A DNA stretch of 63,839 nucleotides, counting the filler. It is 9 parts of 9 records of this genome, joined end to end, with 100 filler letters (N's around TTAATTAATTAA, not from the genome) between each part and the next. Parts side by side here need not be neighbours in the genome. Positions count along the whole stretch, not along the records: positions 48,497 to 58,479 come from SRR31156797_49079; positions 58,580 to 63,839 come from SRR31156797_49134; 7 more parts are not named here. One strand, 5' to 3'. The notes under the pieces are model-generated. The model was not told the origin of the DNA. It saw nothing but the letters and a program-made list of their open reading frames with translations, and searched no databases. This document shows positions 51,629 through 60,906 of the stretch, piece after piece; the first letter of the stretch is position 1, and each line of letters starts with the position of its first letter. The translations under genes were made by a program, and so were the position numbers.

Positions 51629-53383
51629 TCAAGGCATCTCCTTCTTCTCGATCTTATCCTTGATCAGAGCGATGGCATCGTCCAGGGGCATGCCGTTCAT
51701 CTGCTCACCGGTTCTGACGCGGATGCTGACGGCCTTCTCGTTCATCTCCTTCTCTCCCACCACCAGCATATAGGGGATCTTCTGGGTCTGGGCGTTCCGG
51801 ATCTTGGCGTTCATCCTGTCGTCCGAGTAGTCTCCCTCCACCAGGATATCCTCGGCCCGGAGGGCGCGTTCCACCTCTTTGGCATAGGAGTCGAACTTGT
51901 CGCTGACGGGAATGACCTTGACCTGCAGGGGAGCCAGCCATACGGGGAAGGCGCCGCCGTAGTTCTCGATCAGCACGCCGAAGAAGCGTTCGATCGATCC
52001 CAGAAGGGCTCTGTGGATCACATAGGGTCTCTTCTCCACACCGTCCCTGTCCACAAAGGTCATATCGAAACGGTCGGGAAGGTTGAAGTCGAACTGTACG
52101 GTGGACAGCTGCCACTCACGGCCCATGGTGTCTTTCACCTTCAGGTCGATCTTGGGTCCGTAGAAGGCGCCGCCGCCCTCGTCCACCTTGTACTCCAGGC
52201 CTTCCGACTCAATGGCCGCCCGCAGGGACTCGGTAGCCGCGTCCCATCTCTCCTTCTCGCCCACGCTCTTCTCGGGCATGGTGGACAGGTAGGCGGAGAT
52301 ATCCTTGAAACCGAAGGAACGGAGCATAAAGAGGCTGAACCTCAGGACCTCGGAGATCTCGTCCTGCATCTGATCGGGGGTACAGATCAGGTGGGCGTCG
52401 TCCTGGGTAAAACCTCTCACACGGAGCAGACCGTGGAGGGTGCCCGAGCGCTCATAGCGGTAGACGGTTCCCAGCTCGGCCCAGCGGAAGGGCAGGTCCC
52501 GGTAGGAGTGCTTGCCGTTCTTATAGATCATGATATGGAAGGGACAGTTCATGGGCTTGGCGTAGTAGTCCACGTTGTCCATAACCATATTGGGGTACAT
52601 CCCCTCCTTGTAGAAATCCAGATGCCCCGAGGTCTCCCAGAGCCAGGACTTGCCCACATGGGGGGTGAAGACCATATCGTATCCGTTCTTGTAGTGCTGC
52701 TTTCTCCAGAAGTCCTCGATGGTCACCCGCATCCGGGCGCCCTTGGGGTGCCAGTAGACCAGACCGGGGCCGGCCTCTTCGTGGAGGCTGAAGAGGTCCA
52801 GCTCCTTACCGACTCTCCGGTGGTCTCTCTTCTCCATCTCCTCCAGAAACTCGAGATGGGCCTTCAGGGCCTTGGGATCGCCGAAGGCGGTGGCGTAGAT
52901 TCTCTGGAGCATGGGGCGCTTCTCATCCCCTCTCCAGTAGGCGCCGGCGATGGACAGGAGCTTAAAGCCCTGGGCGTTGAGCCGGCTGGTATCTTCCACA
53001 TGGGGGCCGCGGCAGAGGTCGGTGAAGTGGTCGCCCATCTTGAAGATGGAGATCTCCTCGTCATCGGGCAGCTCGCCTATGAGCTCCACCTTGTAGGGCT
53101 GGTCGGCGAACATCTTGAGGGCCTCCTCTCTGGAGAGGACCTCCCGCTCGAAAGCCACGCCGCTCTTGATGATCTCCCGCATGCCCTCTTCGATGACCGG
53201 CAGGTCCTCGTTGGTCAGCTTACGGGGAAGATCGAAGTCGTAGTAGAATCCGTTGTCGATGCTCGGTCCGATGGCGAACTTGGCCTCGGGCATCATCTTC
53301 AGTACAGAACCGGCCATAACATGGGCCATGGAATGGCGCAGTTTCTGCAGCTTTTCCAGTTTCTTTTTCTCTTTAGAAGTCAT
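51629..53383 (-). CDS. thrS: Threonine--tRNA ligase without a TGS domain (true start ATG 53383)
   Basis: RHSMAH; DLCRGPH; GAYWRGD; KPMNCP; RVRGFTQDDAH; HRALLGS; GGAGG RBS. Confidence 0.97.
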   Translation of the reverse strand: MTSKEKKKLEKLQKLRHSMAHVMAGSVLKMMPEAKFAIGPSIDNGFYYDFDLPRKLTNEDLPVIEEGMREIIKSGVAFEREVLSREEALKMFADQPYKVELIGELPDDEEISIFKMGDHFTDLCRGPHVEDTSRLNAQGFKLLSIAGAYWRGDEKRPMLQRIYATAFGDPKALKAHLEFLEEMEKRDHRRVGKELDLFSLHEEAGPGLVYWHPKGARMRVTIEDFWRKQHYKNGYDMVFTPHVGKSWLWETSGHLDFYKEGMYPNMVMDNVDYYAKPMNCPFHIMIYKNGKHSYRDLPFRWAELGTVYRYERSGTLHGLLRVRGFTQDDAHLICTPDQMQDEISEVLRFSLFMLRSFGFKDISAYLSTMPEKSVGEKERWDAATESLRAAIESEGLEYKVDEGGGAFYGPKIDLKVKDTMGREWQLSTVQFDFNLPDRFDMTFVDRDGVEKRPYVIHRALLGSIERFFGVLIENYGGAFPVWLAPLQVKVIPVSDKFDSYAKEVERALRAEDILVEGDYSDDRMNAKIRNAQTQKIPYMLVVGEKEMNEKAVSIRVRTGEQMNGMPLDDAIALIKDKIEKKEMP

Positions 53384-53420
53384 AAGTACCTCCGCATTGA
53401 GGACGGGAGGGATGGGGAAA

Positions 53421-53741
53421 TGAAAAACCCTTTTGCTCGCCGTCCTGCTACCAAAAATAATTTTCAGTATAAGGACGAAGAACAAAAGGGTTCTCCGCGG
53501 TACCACCTTACTTCAGCTCCGCCAGTGTGTCCATGCGGCGCTGCGCTCAGCTCTCCTTTGACGCGGGATCTCGGCTCCGTCTACTAACGATTTTTTCCGA
53601 AGGTCAATACCGAAGGAAAAACCGGATTCGGGGAACGGCTCGGGAGGGGTTTTCACTGCTCTTACGCCGGCGGTCTTCCAGCCTGCAGGACCGCTTCTCT
53701 GTTGACGCAGGGGACGGCTACTCGTCTCCGTTATCGCTTTG
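53421..53741 (-). ncRNA. T-box riboswitch (Thr specifier) with terminator/antiterminator
   Basis: Stem I motifs (AGTAG, AGAGA, GGCTGGAA); specifier GAAA-ACC (ACC at 53650-53648); AAGGTGGTACCGCG at 53509-53496 pairs with CGTCCTT; long terminator with T-tract. Confidence 0.9.
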
Positions 53742-53747
53742 TCTCCT

Positions 53748-53776
53748 AATATGGTAATTCGAAGAAAAAATGTCAA
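53748..53776 (-). promoter_or_regulatory. Sigma70 promoter of the T-box/thrS leader
   Basis: TTGACA-N17-CATATT immediately before the Stem I start. Confidence 0.65.
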
Positions 53777-53839
53777 TGTTTCGGTTCCTGATTTTCCAAA
53801 GCCTTTGACTCCGGCCCGGAGAAACTGAGATAATGGACC

Positions 53840-54292
53840 ATGGATAAAACAACAAAAGCCCTCTCTTTATTCCACAGCGGCTTCAACTGCTGCCAATCCG
53901 TACTGGCCCCTTTCTGCCGGGAACTCGGCCTTGACGAAGATGCGACCCTGAAACTGACTTCCGGGATGGGCGGCGGAGCCAAATCGGGAGAACTGTGCGG
54001 AGCCGTCTCGGCAGCCGCCATGGTGCTGGGTATGGTAAACGGTTACGGCCTGCGGATGGACGCGGACGCAAAAGAGAAAACAACACAGCTGACGAGAGAG
54101 TTCGTAAGCCGATTCAAACAAAAGCACGGCAGCTCATGCTGCCGGGAGCTGCTGGGTCACTGCATGTCCGATGAAGCCGAGCGCGCGATTATCAAGGAAG
54201 AAGGACTGACCGACACCCTCTGTCCCGGACTGGTCAGTTCTTCCGTCGAGATCCTGGAGGAAATGATAGCTCCGAATCATAGACAGGCCTGA
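53840..54292 (+). CDS. C-GCAxxG-C-C family putative redox-active protein
   Basis: FNCCQSV; GMGGG...ELCGAVS; SSCCRELLG; C-terminal Cys. Confidence 0.88.
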   Translation: MDKTTKALSLFHSGFNCCQSVLAPFCRELGLDEDATLKLTSGMGGGAKSGELCGAVSAAAMVLGMVNGYGLRMDADAKEKTTQLTREFVSRFKQKHGSSCCRELLGHCMSDEAERAIIKEEGLTDTLCPGLVSSSVEILEEMIAPNHRQA

Positions 54293-54371
54293 GAACTTTT
54301 TATGCGGGAGCGGAAATGACTGAGGAGCTGCCGAAATCCCAGCGTCCCCTGCTCCCTGAAAAATCTTGGTC

Positions 54372-54402
54372 TTGACATTATTGTTATCCAGGTGTACAAA
54401 AT
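54372..54402 (+). promoter_or_regulatory. marR promoter with an embedded palindromic operator
   Basis: TTGACA at 54372; GTTATCCAGGTGTAC at 54383-54397; ATG 54408 has no SD. Confidence 0.6.
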
Positions 54403-54407
54403 CAGAT

Positions 54408-54830
54408 ATGGAGATCATCCGCCTTATCTACAGGGCGCATCAGAAACTCAGCGCCCTTGAAGCCACTCCCAGGGATTACGGAACGGGAACGCTCCTCTAT
54501 GCCTCGGAAATCCACACCCTGAACGCGGTCGGCCGGAAACCGGGAGCAAACCTGACAGAACTGGCGGAAGAGCTGAATGTGTCCAAAAGCGCGGTTTCGA
54601 AGTTTGTCCGGAAACTGGAAGACAAGAAACATCTTGAAAAAAGAAGCAAAGCGGGCAACCGCAAAGAGGTTTCATTCTATCTGAGCGACGCCGGAGAGAG
54701 CGCTGTGGAGGGGCACAAGGAATTCGAGTTGAGGGTTTTCGGTCCTCTTTACAGGAGAGAAGAGGAACTCTCGAGGCAGGAGAGATCCCTTATTTCAAGC
54801 TTTCTGAAAGACCTTCATCTTCTTTTCTAA
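54408..54830 (+). CDS. MarR-family transcriptional regulator
   Basis: DYGTG..LY.SEIH; NLTELAEELNVSKSAVSKFVRKLEDK; NRKEV wing. Confidence 0.9.
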   Translation: MEIIRLIYRAHQKLSALEATPRDYGTGTLLYASEIHTLNAVGRKPGANLTELAEELNVSKSAVSKFVRKLEDKKHLEKRSKAGNRKEVSFYLSDAGESAVEGHKEFELRVFGPLYRREEELSRQERSLISSFLKDLHLLF

Positions 54831-54847
54831 TTTTTTTTATATTTTTT

Positions 54848-54862
54848 GTTAACCTGGATAAC
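54848..54862 (+). promoter_or_regulatory. Second copy of the putative MarR operator
   Basis: GTTAACCTGGATAAC; its reverse complement matches the 54383 site at 13/15. Confidence 0.6.
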
Positions 54863-54891
54863 TATTTTTTTTACAGGAGGCTTCCATACCA

Positions 54892-55308
54892 ATGAAAATG
54901 CTTTGCCCGCTGTTACTCATACTCATTTCCAGCGCGTTAAACGCAGATCAGATGTACTGCCGGCTGTCGGGAACAGCAGATTGTCCTGAACCGGGAGTAC
55001 TCCATATCTTCCTCTGTGACGAGAAGGCCTTCAGGAAGCCCTTCGCAGGGCTCTGCTCCTTCAGAAAGACAGTACACTCCCCCGGCGAATATCACTGGCG
55101 GTTCGACCGCGTCCCCGAGGGGACATACTGCATCAGAGCGTTCCTGGACACGAACGGAGACGGAGCGCTGAACAAAGGGCTCTTCGGACCGAGCGAACCA
55201 TGGGCGGTCTCCGGTCCGCCGGACAGACCCAGGGGACGGCCCGATTTTCAGGATATCTGCTTCCCTGTCGGGGAAGACAGAGCTGACATAAAGCTGGTTC
55301 TCAAATAA
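54892..55308 (+). CDS. DUF2141-family secreted protein
   Basis: Signal peptide; VPEGTY...FLDTNGDGALN..LFGPSEPW; AGGAGG RBS. Confidence 0.8.
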   Translation: MKMLCPLLLILISSALNADQMYCRLSGTADCPEPGVLHIFLCDEKAFRKPFAGLCSFRKTVHSPGEYHWRFDRVPEGTYCIRAFLDTNGDGALNKGLFGPSEPWAVSGPPDRPRGRPDFQDICFPVGEDRADIKLVLK

Positions 55309-55327
55309 CAATAATAAGGAAACGCAA

Positions 55328-56140
55328 ATGAAAAAATCAGAAAAAACAGACAGACAAAGGATCCGGAAGTTCATCATATTGATATCTGCCTTTCTCTTTC
55401 CAGTGACCATGATCTACTTGTCCCCGGGCATGGTGTTCAGGGGGGCCAGGACAGGCGTGCTTTCCGGCAGCTACTTCACCTTCGGCGTCCTCTTTGTCTC
55501 GGCCCTGTTCTTCGGAAGAGGATTCTGCGGATGGCTCTGCCCGGGAGGGGGCATAGGGGAGATTTGCAGGCTGGTCGAGGACCGTCCCCTGCGCAGCCGC
55601 AAACTGGACAGGGCCAAATACATTATCTGGGTCATCTGGCTCGCCGCCATAGCCGCTGTGGCCGCTCTCGTGGGAGGGGGATTCCACGGGACAGACTTTT
55701 TCCTGGGGACAGAGGACGGGATCTCCATCCACTCCACAGCCCTCTATATCAGTTACTATCTTGTCCTGGGAATCATCATTGCCTCGTCCCTGGCGGCCCG
55801 ACGCCGGGGATTCTGTCACACCCTCTGCTGGATGGCGCCCTTTATGGTCCTGGGCCGCAAGCTCTCGAACATGCTGCGTATCAGAATAAGGCTGCATCTG
55901 AAAGGATCTGCCGCTCTGTGCACGGAATGCGGAAGATGCGAGACCTCCTGCCCCATGAGCCTGCCGGTTTCAACCATGGTGAAGGAAGAAAGGCTTGAAC
56001 ACAGCGAGTGCATTCTCTGCGGAGCCTGTCAGGACGCCTGTCCGGCGGAAGCGATACAACTGGGATTCCGCAGCTGTATCAGGACTCATTCCCGTCCAGG
56101 AAGTCCCGGATCTCCTGCAGCTGATTCTCCAGATCTCTGA
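55328..56140 (+). CDS. Membrane 4Fe-4S binding protein (NapH/FixG-like polyferredoxin)
   Basis: GRGFCGWLCP; FCHTLC; two CxxCxxCxxxCP motifs. Confidence 0.88.
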   Translation: MKKSEKTDRQRIRKFIILISAFLFPVTMIYLSPGMVFRGARTGVLSGSYFTFGVLFVSALFFGRGFCGWLCPGGGIGEICRLVEDRPLRSRKLDRAKYIIWVIWLAAIAAVAALVGGGFHGTDFFLGTEDGISIHSTALYISYYLVLGIIIASSLAARRRGFCHTLCWMAPFMVLGRKLSNMLRIRIRLHLKGSAALCTECGRCETSCPMSLPVSTMVKEERLEHSECILCGACQDACPAEAIQLGFRSCIRTHSRPGSPGSPAADSPDL

Positions 56141-57080
56141 TCTCATTCTCCCAGAAAAGCTCGCTGCCCCAGTCGGGATAGTGACGGCGGAAGCTGAAAT
56201 CCTCCCTCTGCCGTCCGCACCATGCCAGGAAGTAGACCATCCTCATGGCCCTGAGGGGCTCCACCAGGGATAAGGAAGAGAAATCGGCGGGACGGAAGTC
56301 GCTGTAGCCGTCCATCAGGAGAAAGAACTCATTCCGGCAGGCCGAGGCGTGACCGGGCAGGAGGAGCCAGAAGTCCTGAACAGCCGGCCCTACGGCCATA
56401 TCGTCGAAGTCTATGATCATCAGCCCCTGATCCATCCGGTCCAGAATGTTGCCGCAGTGGAAATCCCCGTGGATGCGCTGCGTCCTCACATCCCGGAACA
56501 GCGGAGTTATCAGATCGGAGATATCCCGGGCGACCCGATCGAAGCGTCCCGCCTGCGCCGGGGGGATCCAGTTCTTTTCAAGGATGTCGTGGCAATCCCT
56601 GCGGAAGGAGTGGTCCGGATGGATCCGGGGCCTGTGGGAGGCCTTGTCCTGCACGCCCGCATTGTGCATGCGGCCGATCAGCCGTCCCATCCGGTACCAC
56701 TGCTCGTCATCCTCACGGAACTCCCAGAGCCTTCCGCTCATGTGGGGGAAGAGAGCGAACAGGATCCCCTCTTCCGTACGATCCAGGGTCTCTCCGTTCT
56801 CCAGAATCTCAGGGAGGGCCAGGGGAATATCCATCCCGCCGCAGTCCTCCATAAAGCCATGCTCCTCGCGGACGGCCTCTTCGCTCCAGCGCCCCGGCCG
56901 GTAGAACTTCACCACAAAGCGCTTGTCATCCTCATCCCTGAGTTCGTAGACCCTGTTGATATAGCTGGGCAGGGGCTGGGCGATGGGAAGAAAGCGACGC
57001 CCCGAAGCCTCCTCCACCGAACGGATGACGGCGTCGGGAGTCAGATCATCGAAGTCCCCGTTTCCAGAGCCTTCCCTCAT
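56079..57080 (-). CDS. Ser/Thr kinase, SrkA/RdoA (YihE) family
   Basis: SYINRVY; VKFYRPGRWS; IHGDFHCGNI; IDFDD..GPAVQD.W. Confidence 0.9.
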   Translation of the reverse strand: MREGSGNGDFDDLTPDAVIRSVEEASGRRFLPIAQPLPSYINRVYELRDEDDKRFVVKFYRPGRWSEEAVREEHGFMEDCGGMDIPLALPEILENGETLDRTEEGILFALFPHMSGRLWEFREDDEQWYRMGRLIGRMHNAGVQDKASHRPRIHPDHSFRRDCHDILEKNWIPPAQAGRFDRVARDISDLITPLFRDVRTQRIHGDFHCGNILDRMDQGLMIIDFDDMAVGPAVQDFWLLLPGHASACRNEFFLLMDGYSDFRPADFSSLSLVEPLRAMRMVYFLAWCGRQREDFSFRRHYPDWGSELFWENEIRDLENQLQEIRDFLDGNES

Positions 57081-58036
57081 CCGGCCTGGACTCCCTCGCC
57101 GTACTTTCCGTCCAACCCGGAAGGCGCGTTATAATGATCGCTGAGAACGGCGGTCTTCCTGTTCCAGGCGACGATCTGGTTGCCGGCGTAAAGGTAACGG
57201 GTGTCTCCGGTCCCGGGAGTCCATTTCACGTTCTCATCAGTGAAATAAAAACTGGAGCTCATAGAATCCAGATCATAGTAATAGAAGGTTTTTCCATCCC
57301 CGAAAGGATTGATAATCAGGAATTTCCCATCTCCGGAAAAGGTGCCCCATCCCTTTTCCAGGCTCGTACAGGAGACAGTCTGCCCCTTTTTGTTCAGACG
57401 GATCAAAAGGGAAGCCTCCGCTTCGAAGCGATTCCAGTCCCGGATGCTTCCGGGGGTATGGATGAGAAGATCATCCCCGCAAGGCAGTATGTCGCAGATA
57501 CAGGGGCGGGTGGCGATGTAGGCGCTGCGCCTGTAATCAAGGGGATCCAGCTCCCGGGGCTTGCCTTCGACTGAATAACCCTCCAGCCTTTTGACGGCAA
57601 CGCTGTAAAACTGGGACAGGCCGAAGACATGCCTGCGAAGCAGGAGCAGACCTCCGTCGGGGAGAACCCGCAAAGACTGGACGGGATAGGCGTTCTGAAG
57701 ATTACCGGGACCGGAGTTTCTGATAAACGACTTTTCGGGCCGGTCTCCCATGGAGCTCCAGAAGAGGAGTTCCGTCCCGGCCAGGATCGCGAATCCGCCG
57801 CCGCCCGGGTTAAAAAGCAGAACTTTGTTATCTGTAAATAAAGAAGTTTCGGGATTCAGGATATTCTTCATCACAAGCCTGGCCCGCTCCGAACCTCCTG
57901 AAAACTCTCTTAAGACCCACTCTCCACCGCTGCTCAACAGAAAAAGATAGCGTCCCGGAGAAAGGTAGAGAACCTGGTGCAAACATTCATCATCCGCCGT
58001 ATTATACTGACATACTTTTTTCTGTAGAGCTTTCAA
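57077..58036 (-). CDS. Hypothetical protein, beta-rich
   Basis: 319-aa ORF; its stop overlaps the kinase start (ATGA); start uncertain. Confidence 0.65.
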   Translation of the reverse strand: MKALQKKVCQYNTADDECLHQVLYLSPGRYLFLLSSGGEWVLREFSGGSERARLVMKNILNPETSLFTDNKVLLFNPGGGGFAILAGTELLFWSSMGDRPEKSFIRNSGPGNLQNAYPVQSLRVLPDGGLLLLRRHVFGLSQFYSVAVKRLEGYSVEGKPRELDPLDYRRSAYIATRPCICDILPCGDDLLIHTPGSIRDWNRFEAEASLLIRLNKKGQTVSCTSLEKGWGTFSGDGKFLIINPFGDGKTFYYYDLDSMSSSFYFTDENVKWTPGTGDTRYLYAGNQIVAWNRKTAVLSDHYNAPSGLDGKYGEGVQAG

Positions 58037-58264
58037 TGACGGTTCCTAACATTTATTAACTTCAACAATGATTTTGGAATAAATATACACTTAGACAGTG
58101 GCCCCAAACCGTAAACTTGTCAAGTCGGATTTTTTTCAATCCTGACAAATCGCCATTGGATGTCATAATCGGCCGACAGCCGAAAAGGACCTGCCCCACT
58201 CCTTTACCTTCCCCCCGTCCCCGGGATTATACTGTACCCGAAATCAAACAGGAAAGGACAATCC

Positions 58265-58479
58265 ATGATACGAAAACTGATCATCCCCCTCGCCCTGGCG
58301 CTGCTGCCCCTCAGACTCTTTGCGGCCGAATCGGTCATAGAGGAAGTGGACGCTCTTATCGCCGGCGGAAAGTACCAGAGCGCCTGGACCCGGCTGCATG
58401 AGCATGCGGAGGAGGAGGATTTTACCGATCTTGTCCTTAAGAAAACGGAGCTCTGCCTCAGATACTATACCCTGAACAA
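58265..58479 (+). CDS. Secreted hypothetical protein, N-terminal part (3' cut by contig edge)
   Basis: AAGGA RBS; signal peptide MIRKLIIPLALALLPLRLFA. Confidence 0.65.
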
Positions 58480-58579
58480 NNNNNNNNNNNNNNNNNNNNN
58501 NNNNNNNNNNNNNNNNNNNNNNNTTAATTAATTAANNNNNNNNNNNNNNNNNNNNNNNNNNNNNNNNNNNNNNNNNNNN
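58480..58579. other. Artificial contig spacer 8
   Basis: N44-TTAATTAATTAA-N44. Confidence 0.99.
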
Positions 58580-59457
58580 TCCTGCCACATCATGGATACG
58601 GGCAGCCAGCTCAGGGCAATGGACCGGGGACGGGTCCGGCCGTGGGTCAGGCCGTCGTGGACGCTGACAAAGACGCCGCCGGGATTCAGGGCCCGGTATA
58701 TTTTTTCGACAAATGCCGTCATGTCATCCTTGATAAAATTCAGGCAGGCGGTTGCCAGGATCAGGTCGTAGCCGTTCCCGATGTCGTCTGTGGAGAAATC
58801 TCCGCCAAGGAAGCTGAACCGGTCCGCCATGCCGGTGTCCCGGATCTCTTCCCGGGCCACCTGGATGACGGCCGGGCGGTCGAACAGCACACCGGTCATG
58901 GCGGGATGGCTTTGGAGGAGGGCCAGGGTGTTGAGGCCCGGGCCGCTGCCCAGATCCAGCATCCGCCGGAACAATGGAAATTCGGGGAGTCCGGAAATGA
59001 TCCGGGCCAGGACCGGACCGGTGCAGGTTTTCTGGAAATTGACCATGGCCCTTGCCCCCCGGACCCAGATGGCTTCGTCGTCCGCCCGGCCCTGCTGCCG
59101 GGGCGGGCCGTTTTGAAGAATCTCTTCCATGCGGTCGAAAAAGGGCAGGTTCCACTGGGCATGGTTGCTGAGGTAGTCTCCCATATAGGAAGGCGAGGTC
59201 GTAACCAGGAATTCCCGGCCCAGGGGCGTGTTCCAATAGCAGCCGTCCTGTTGTTCCACAAGGCCTGCCGTTGCAAGTCCCCTGAGAAAATACCCGGTGC
59301 TTTGGGGATGGGTCCCGAGGGTTTCGGCCACCTGGGCCGGGGAGGTTTTCACGGTTAATTGGTCAAAGATGGTAAGCCGGATGGCTTCATGGAGCAGGCG
59401 GGTATAAAAAATGCCCTGGTGCATCTCAAAAAGCCGGTTAAAAGGGGATGATGTCAT
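58580..59457 (-). CDS. SAM-dependent O-methyltransferase with dimerisation domain (true start ATG 59457; 3' cut by contig edge)
   Basis: AIRLTIFDQL wHTH; MLDLGSGPG; LFDRP; GGDF; ALNPGG; ATGA overlap with the MFS stop. Confidence 0.88.
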
Positions 59458-60752
59458 GGGGTTCTCCGTATGGAATCTGTTTGTGGATAAGGGGTTGAAA
59501 GGGCCCGGTCCAGCCCCTTCAGGCGGGACCGGAAGAGCCGCCGCACCGGAATCACGGCAGCCAGGGACATGAGGGCCAGGCCCAGGAAAAACGTCCGGTA
59601 TCCCAGGGCCTGGCCCAGGCAGCCGCCCAGGACGACGGCACCGAATGTGGTCAAATGCTGGACGCCGCAGAGGATGCCGTAATCCGTGGTCGACTGGTGC
59701 CCTGCACTGGCCTGGAGGATCAGGCTGTAGATGACGGCCATGAGGGTGCCCATCAGCAATTGCTCCGTCCCCAGCACAAGGGCGATATACCAGGAGGCCC
59801 GGCAGAGGCCTGCTGCCAGGACCCAGGACAATCCACCCAAACATGCGGCCACCACGCAGCCACGGGTGAACAGGGTGCTGGCCGGCAACCGGCGGATCAG
59901 GTGGCCGCCCAGCCAGGTGCCGAAAACCGCCACGGGCGAACCCGCCCACAGCACCAGGAAACCGATGCGGTCCGGGGCAAGCCCCAGGTCCCCCAGCAGG
60001 GTGAACCGGAGCTGGTAACCGGTTTTTAAAACCAGTGCCATGACCAGGAGCAGGCCAAAGAACCCGATGGTTTGCCGCTCCCGGATAAAGGCCATGCCCC
60101 CGGAAGGACCGGGGAATGGCGTTACCGGGTCAAGCCGGTCCGGCTGTTCTGCCGGGAAAAACAACGGCAAAGAGAGCACCATGATAAGACCGGCCATGAG
60201 CCATAGGGTGGCCTGCCAGCCAAGATGGTGAAAGAGGATCAGAAAAAAGCCCCCGCCGATCATGAATCCTGTGAAATTGCCTGCCATCTGGACCGCCGAT
60301 CCCCAGGCCCGCTCTTCCGGGAGCAGGATGTCCGCGGCATGGCCGTCAACGGCCAGGTCCCCCAGGGCAAAGGCGGTGTTCATGGCCAGGATCAACCCGA
60401 AGACCGGTCCCAGGTGTTCTCCGGGAGGGCATTGGGCCAGGGCCGGGAGGTGGGCCAGAGCAAGAAGCCTTGTGGCGACGATCCATCCTTTCTTCCGTCC
60501 CGGGAAGATCCGGGTGAACCGGTCCACCCACGGGGCATAGAGGAATTTCAATGCCCAGGGGCTGTAAAGCAGGGCCACCATGCCGATGGTGCCAAGGTCA
60601 AGGCCGTAGCCCCTGAGGATCACCGGCAGGGCCAGCCAGGTAAAGCCCACCGGGGTATGCTGGCCCAGGTAGACCAGCAGAAAAAACAGCAGTTTGGCCC
60701 GGGTGGACCAGGATGCTTTGTTGTCCCCAGGGGACATGAAGGATGTTGTCAT
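59454..60752 (-). CDS. MFS transporter, AmpG/RhtX/FptX-like
   Basis: LPVILR..G; PWALKFLYAPWVD; DLAVDG; about 12 TM helices; AGGAG RBS. Confidence 0.85.
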   Translation of the reverse strand: MTTSFMSPGDNKASWSTRAKLLFFLLVYLGQHTPVGFTWLALPVILRGYGLDLGTIGMVALLYSPWALKFLYAPWVDRFTRIFPGRKKGWIVATRLLALAHLPALAQCPPGEHLGPVFGLILAMNTAFALGDLAVDGHAADILLPEERAWGSAVQMAGNFTGFMIGGGFFLILFHHLGWQATLWLMAGLIMVLSLPLFFPAEQPDRLDPVTPFPGPSGGMAFIRERQTIGFFGLLLVMALVLKTGYQLRFTLLGDLGLAPDRIGFLVLWAGSPVAVFGTWLGGHLIRRLPASTLFTRGCVVAACLGGLSWVLAAGLCRASWYIALVLGTEQLLMGTLMAVIYSLILQASAGHQSTTDYGILCGVQHLTTFGAVVLGGCLGQALGYRTFFLGLALMSLAAVIPVRRLFRSRLKGLDRALSTPYPQTDSIRRTP

Positions 60753-60906
60753 ATACGTCTCCTGCTAAAATCCGGGGCCCACTGCCGGCCTGGGCTTATG
60801 CCACTGCCTTTGCCGGTCCGGGCCGATGTCGGGTACTTTAGGGAAAACCTCTCAACCGCGCTAACGGTGGGATATTTATTATTGGTGATTCCGTATTTGG
60901 GTGGAT

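Noticed and set aside
50948-53587. 879-aa plus-strand ORF antisense to thrS and the M32 gene
   Set aside because: Shadow frame of GC3-biased real genes; no motifs; it runs through a terminator and the T-box.
60753-60906. GCCACTG as part of a cobalamin riboswitch
   Set aside because: It is on the strand opposite the downstream gene, and the other B12-box elements are missing.
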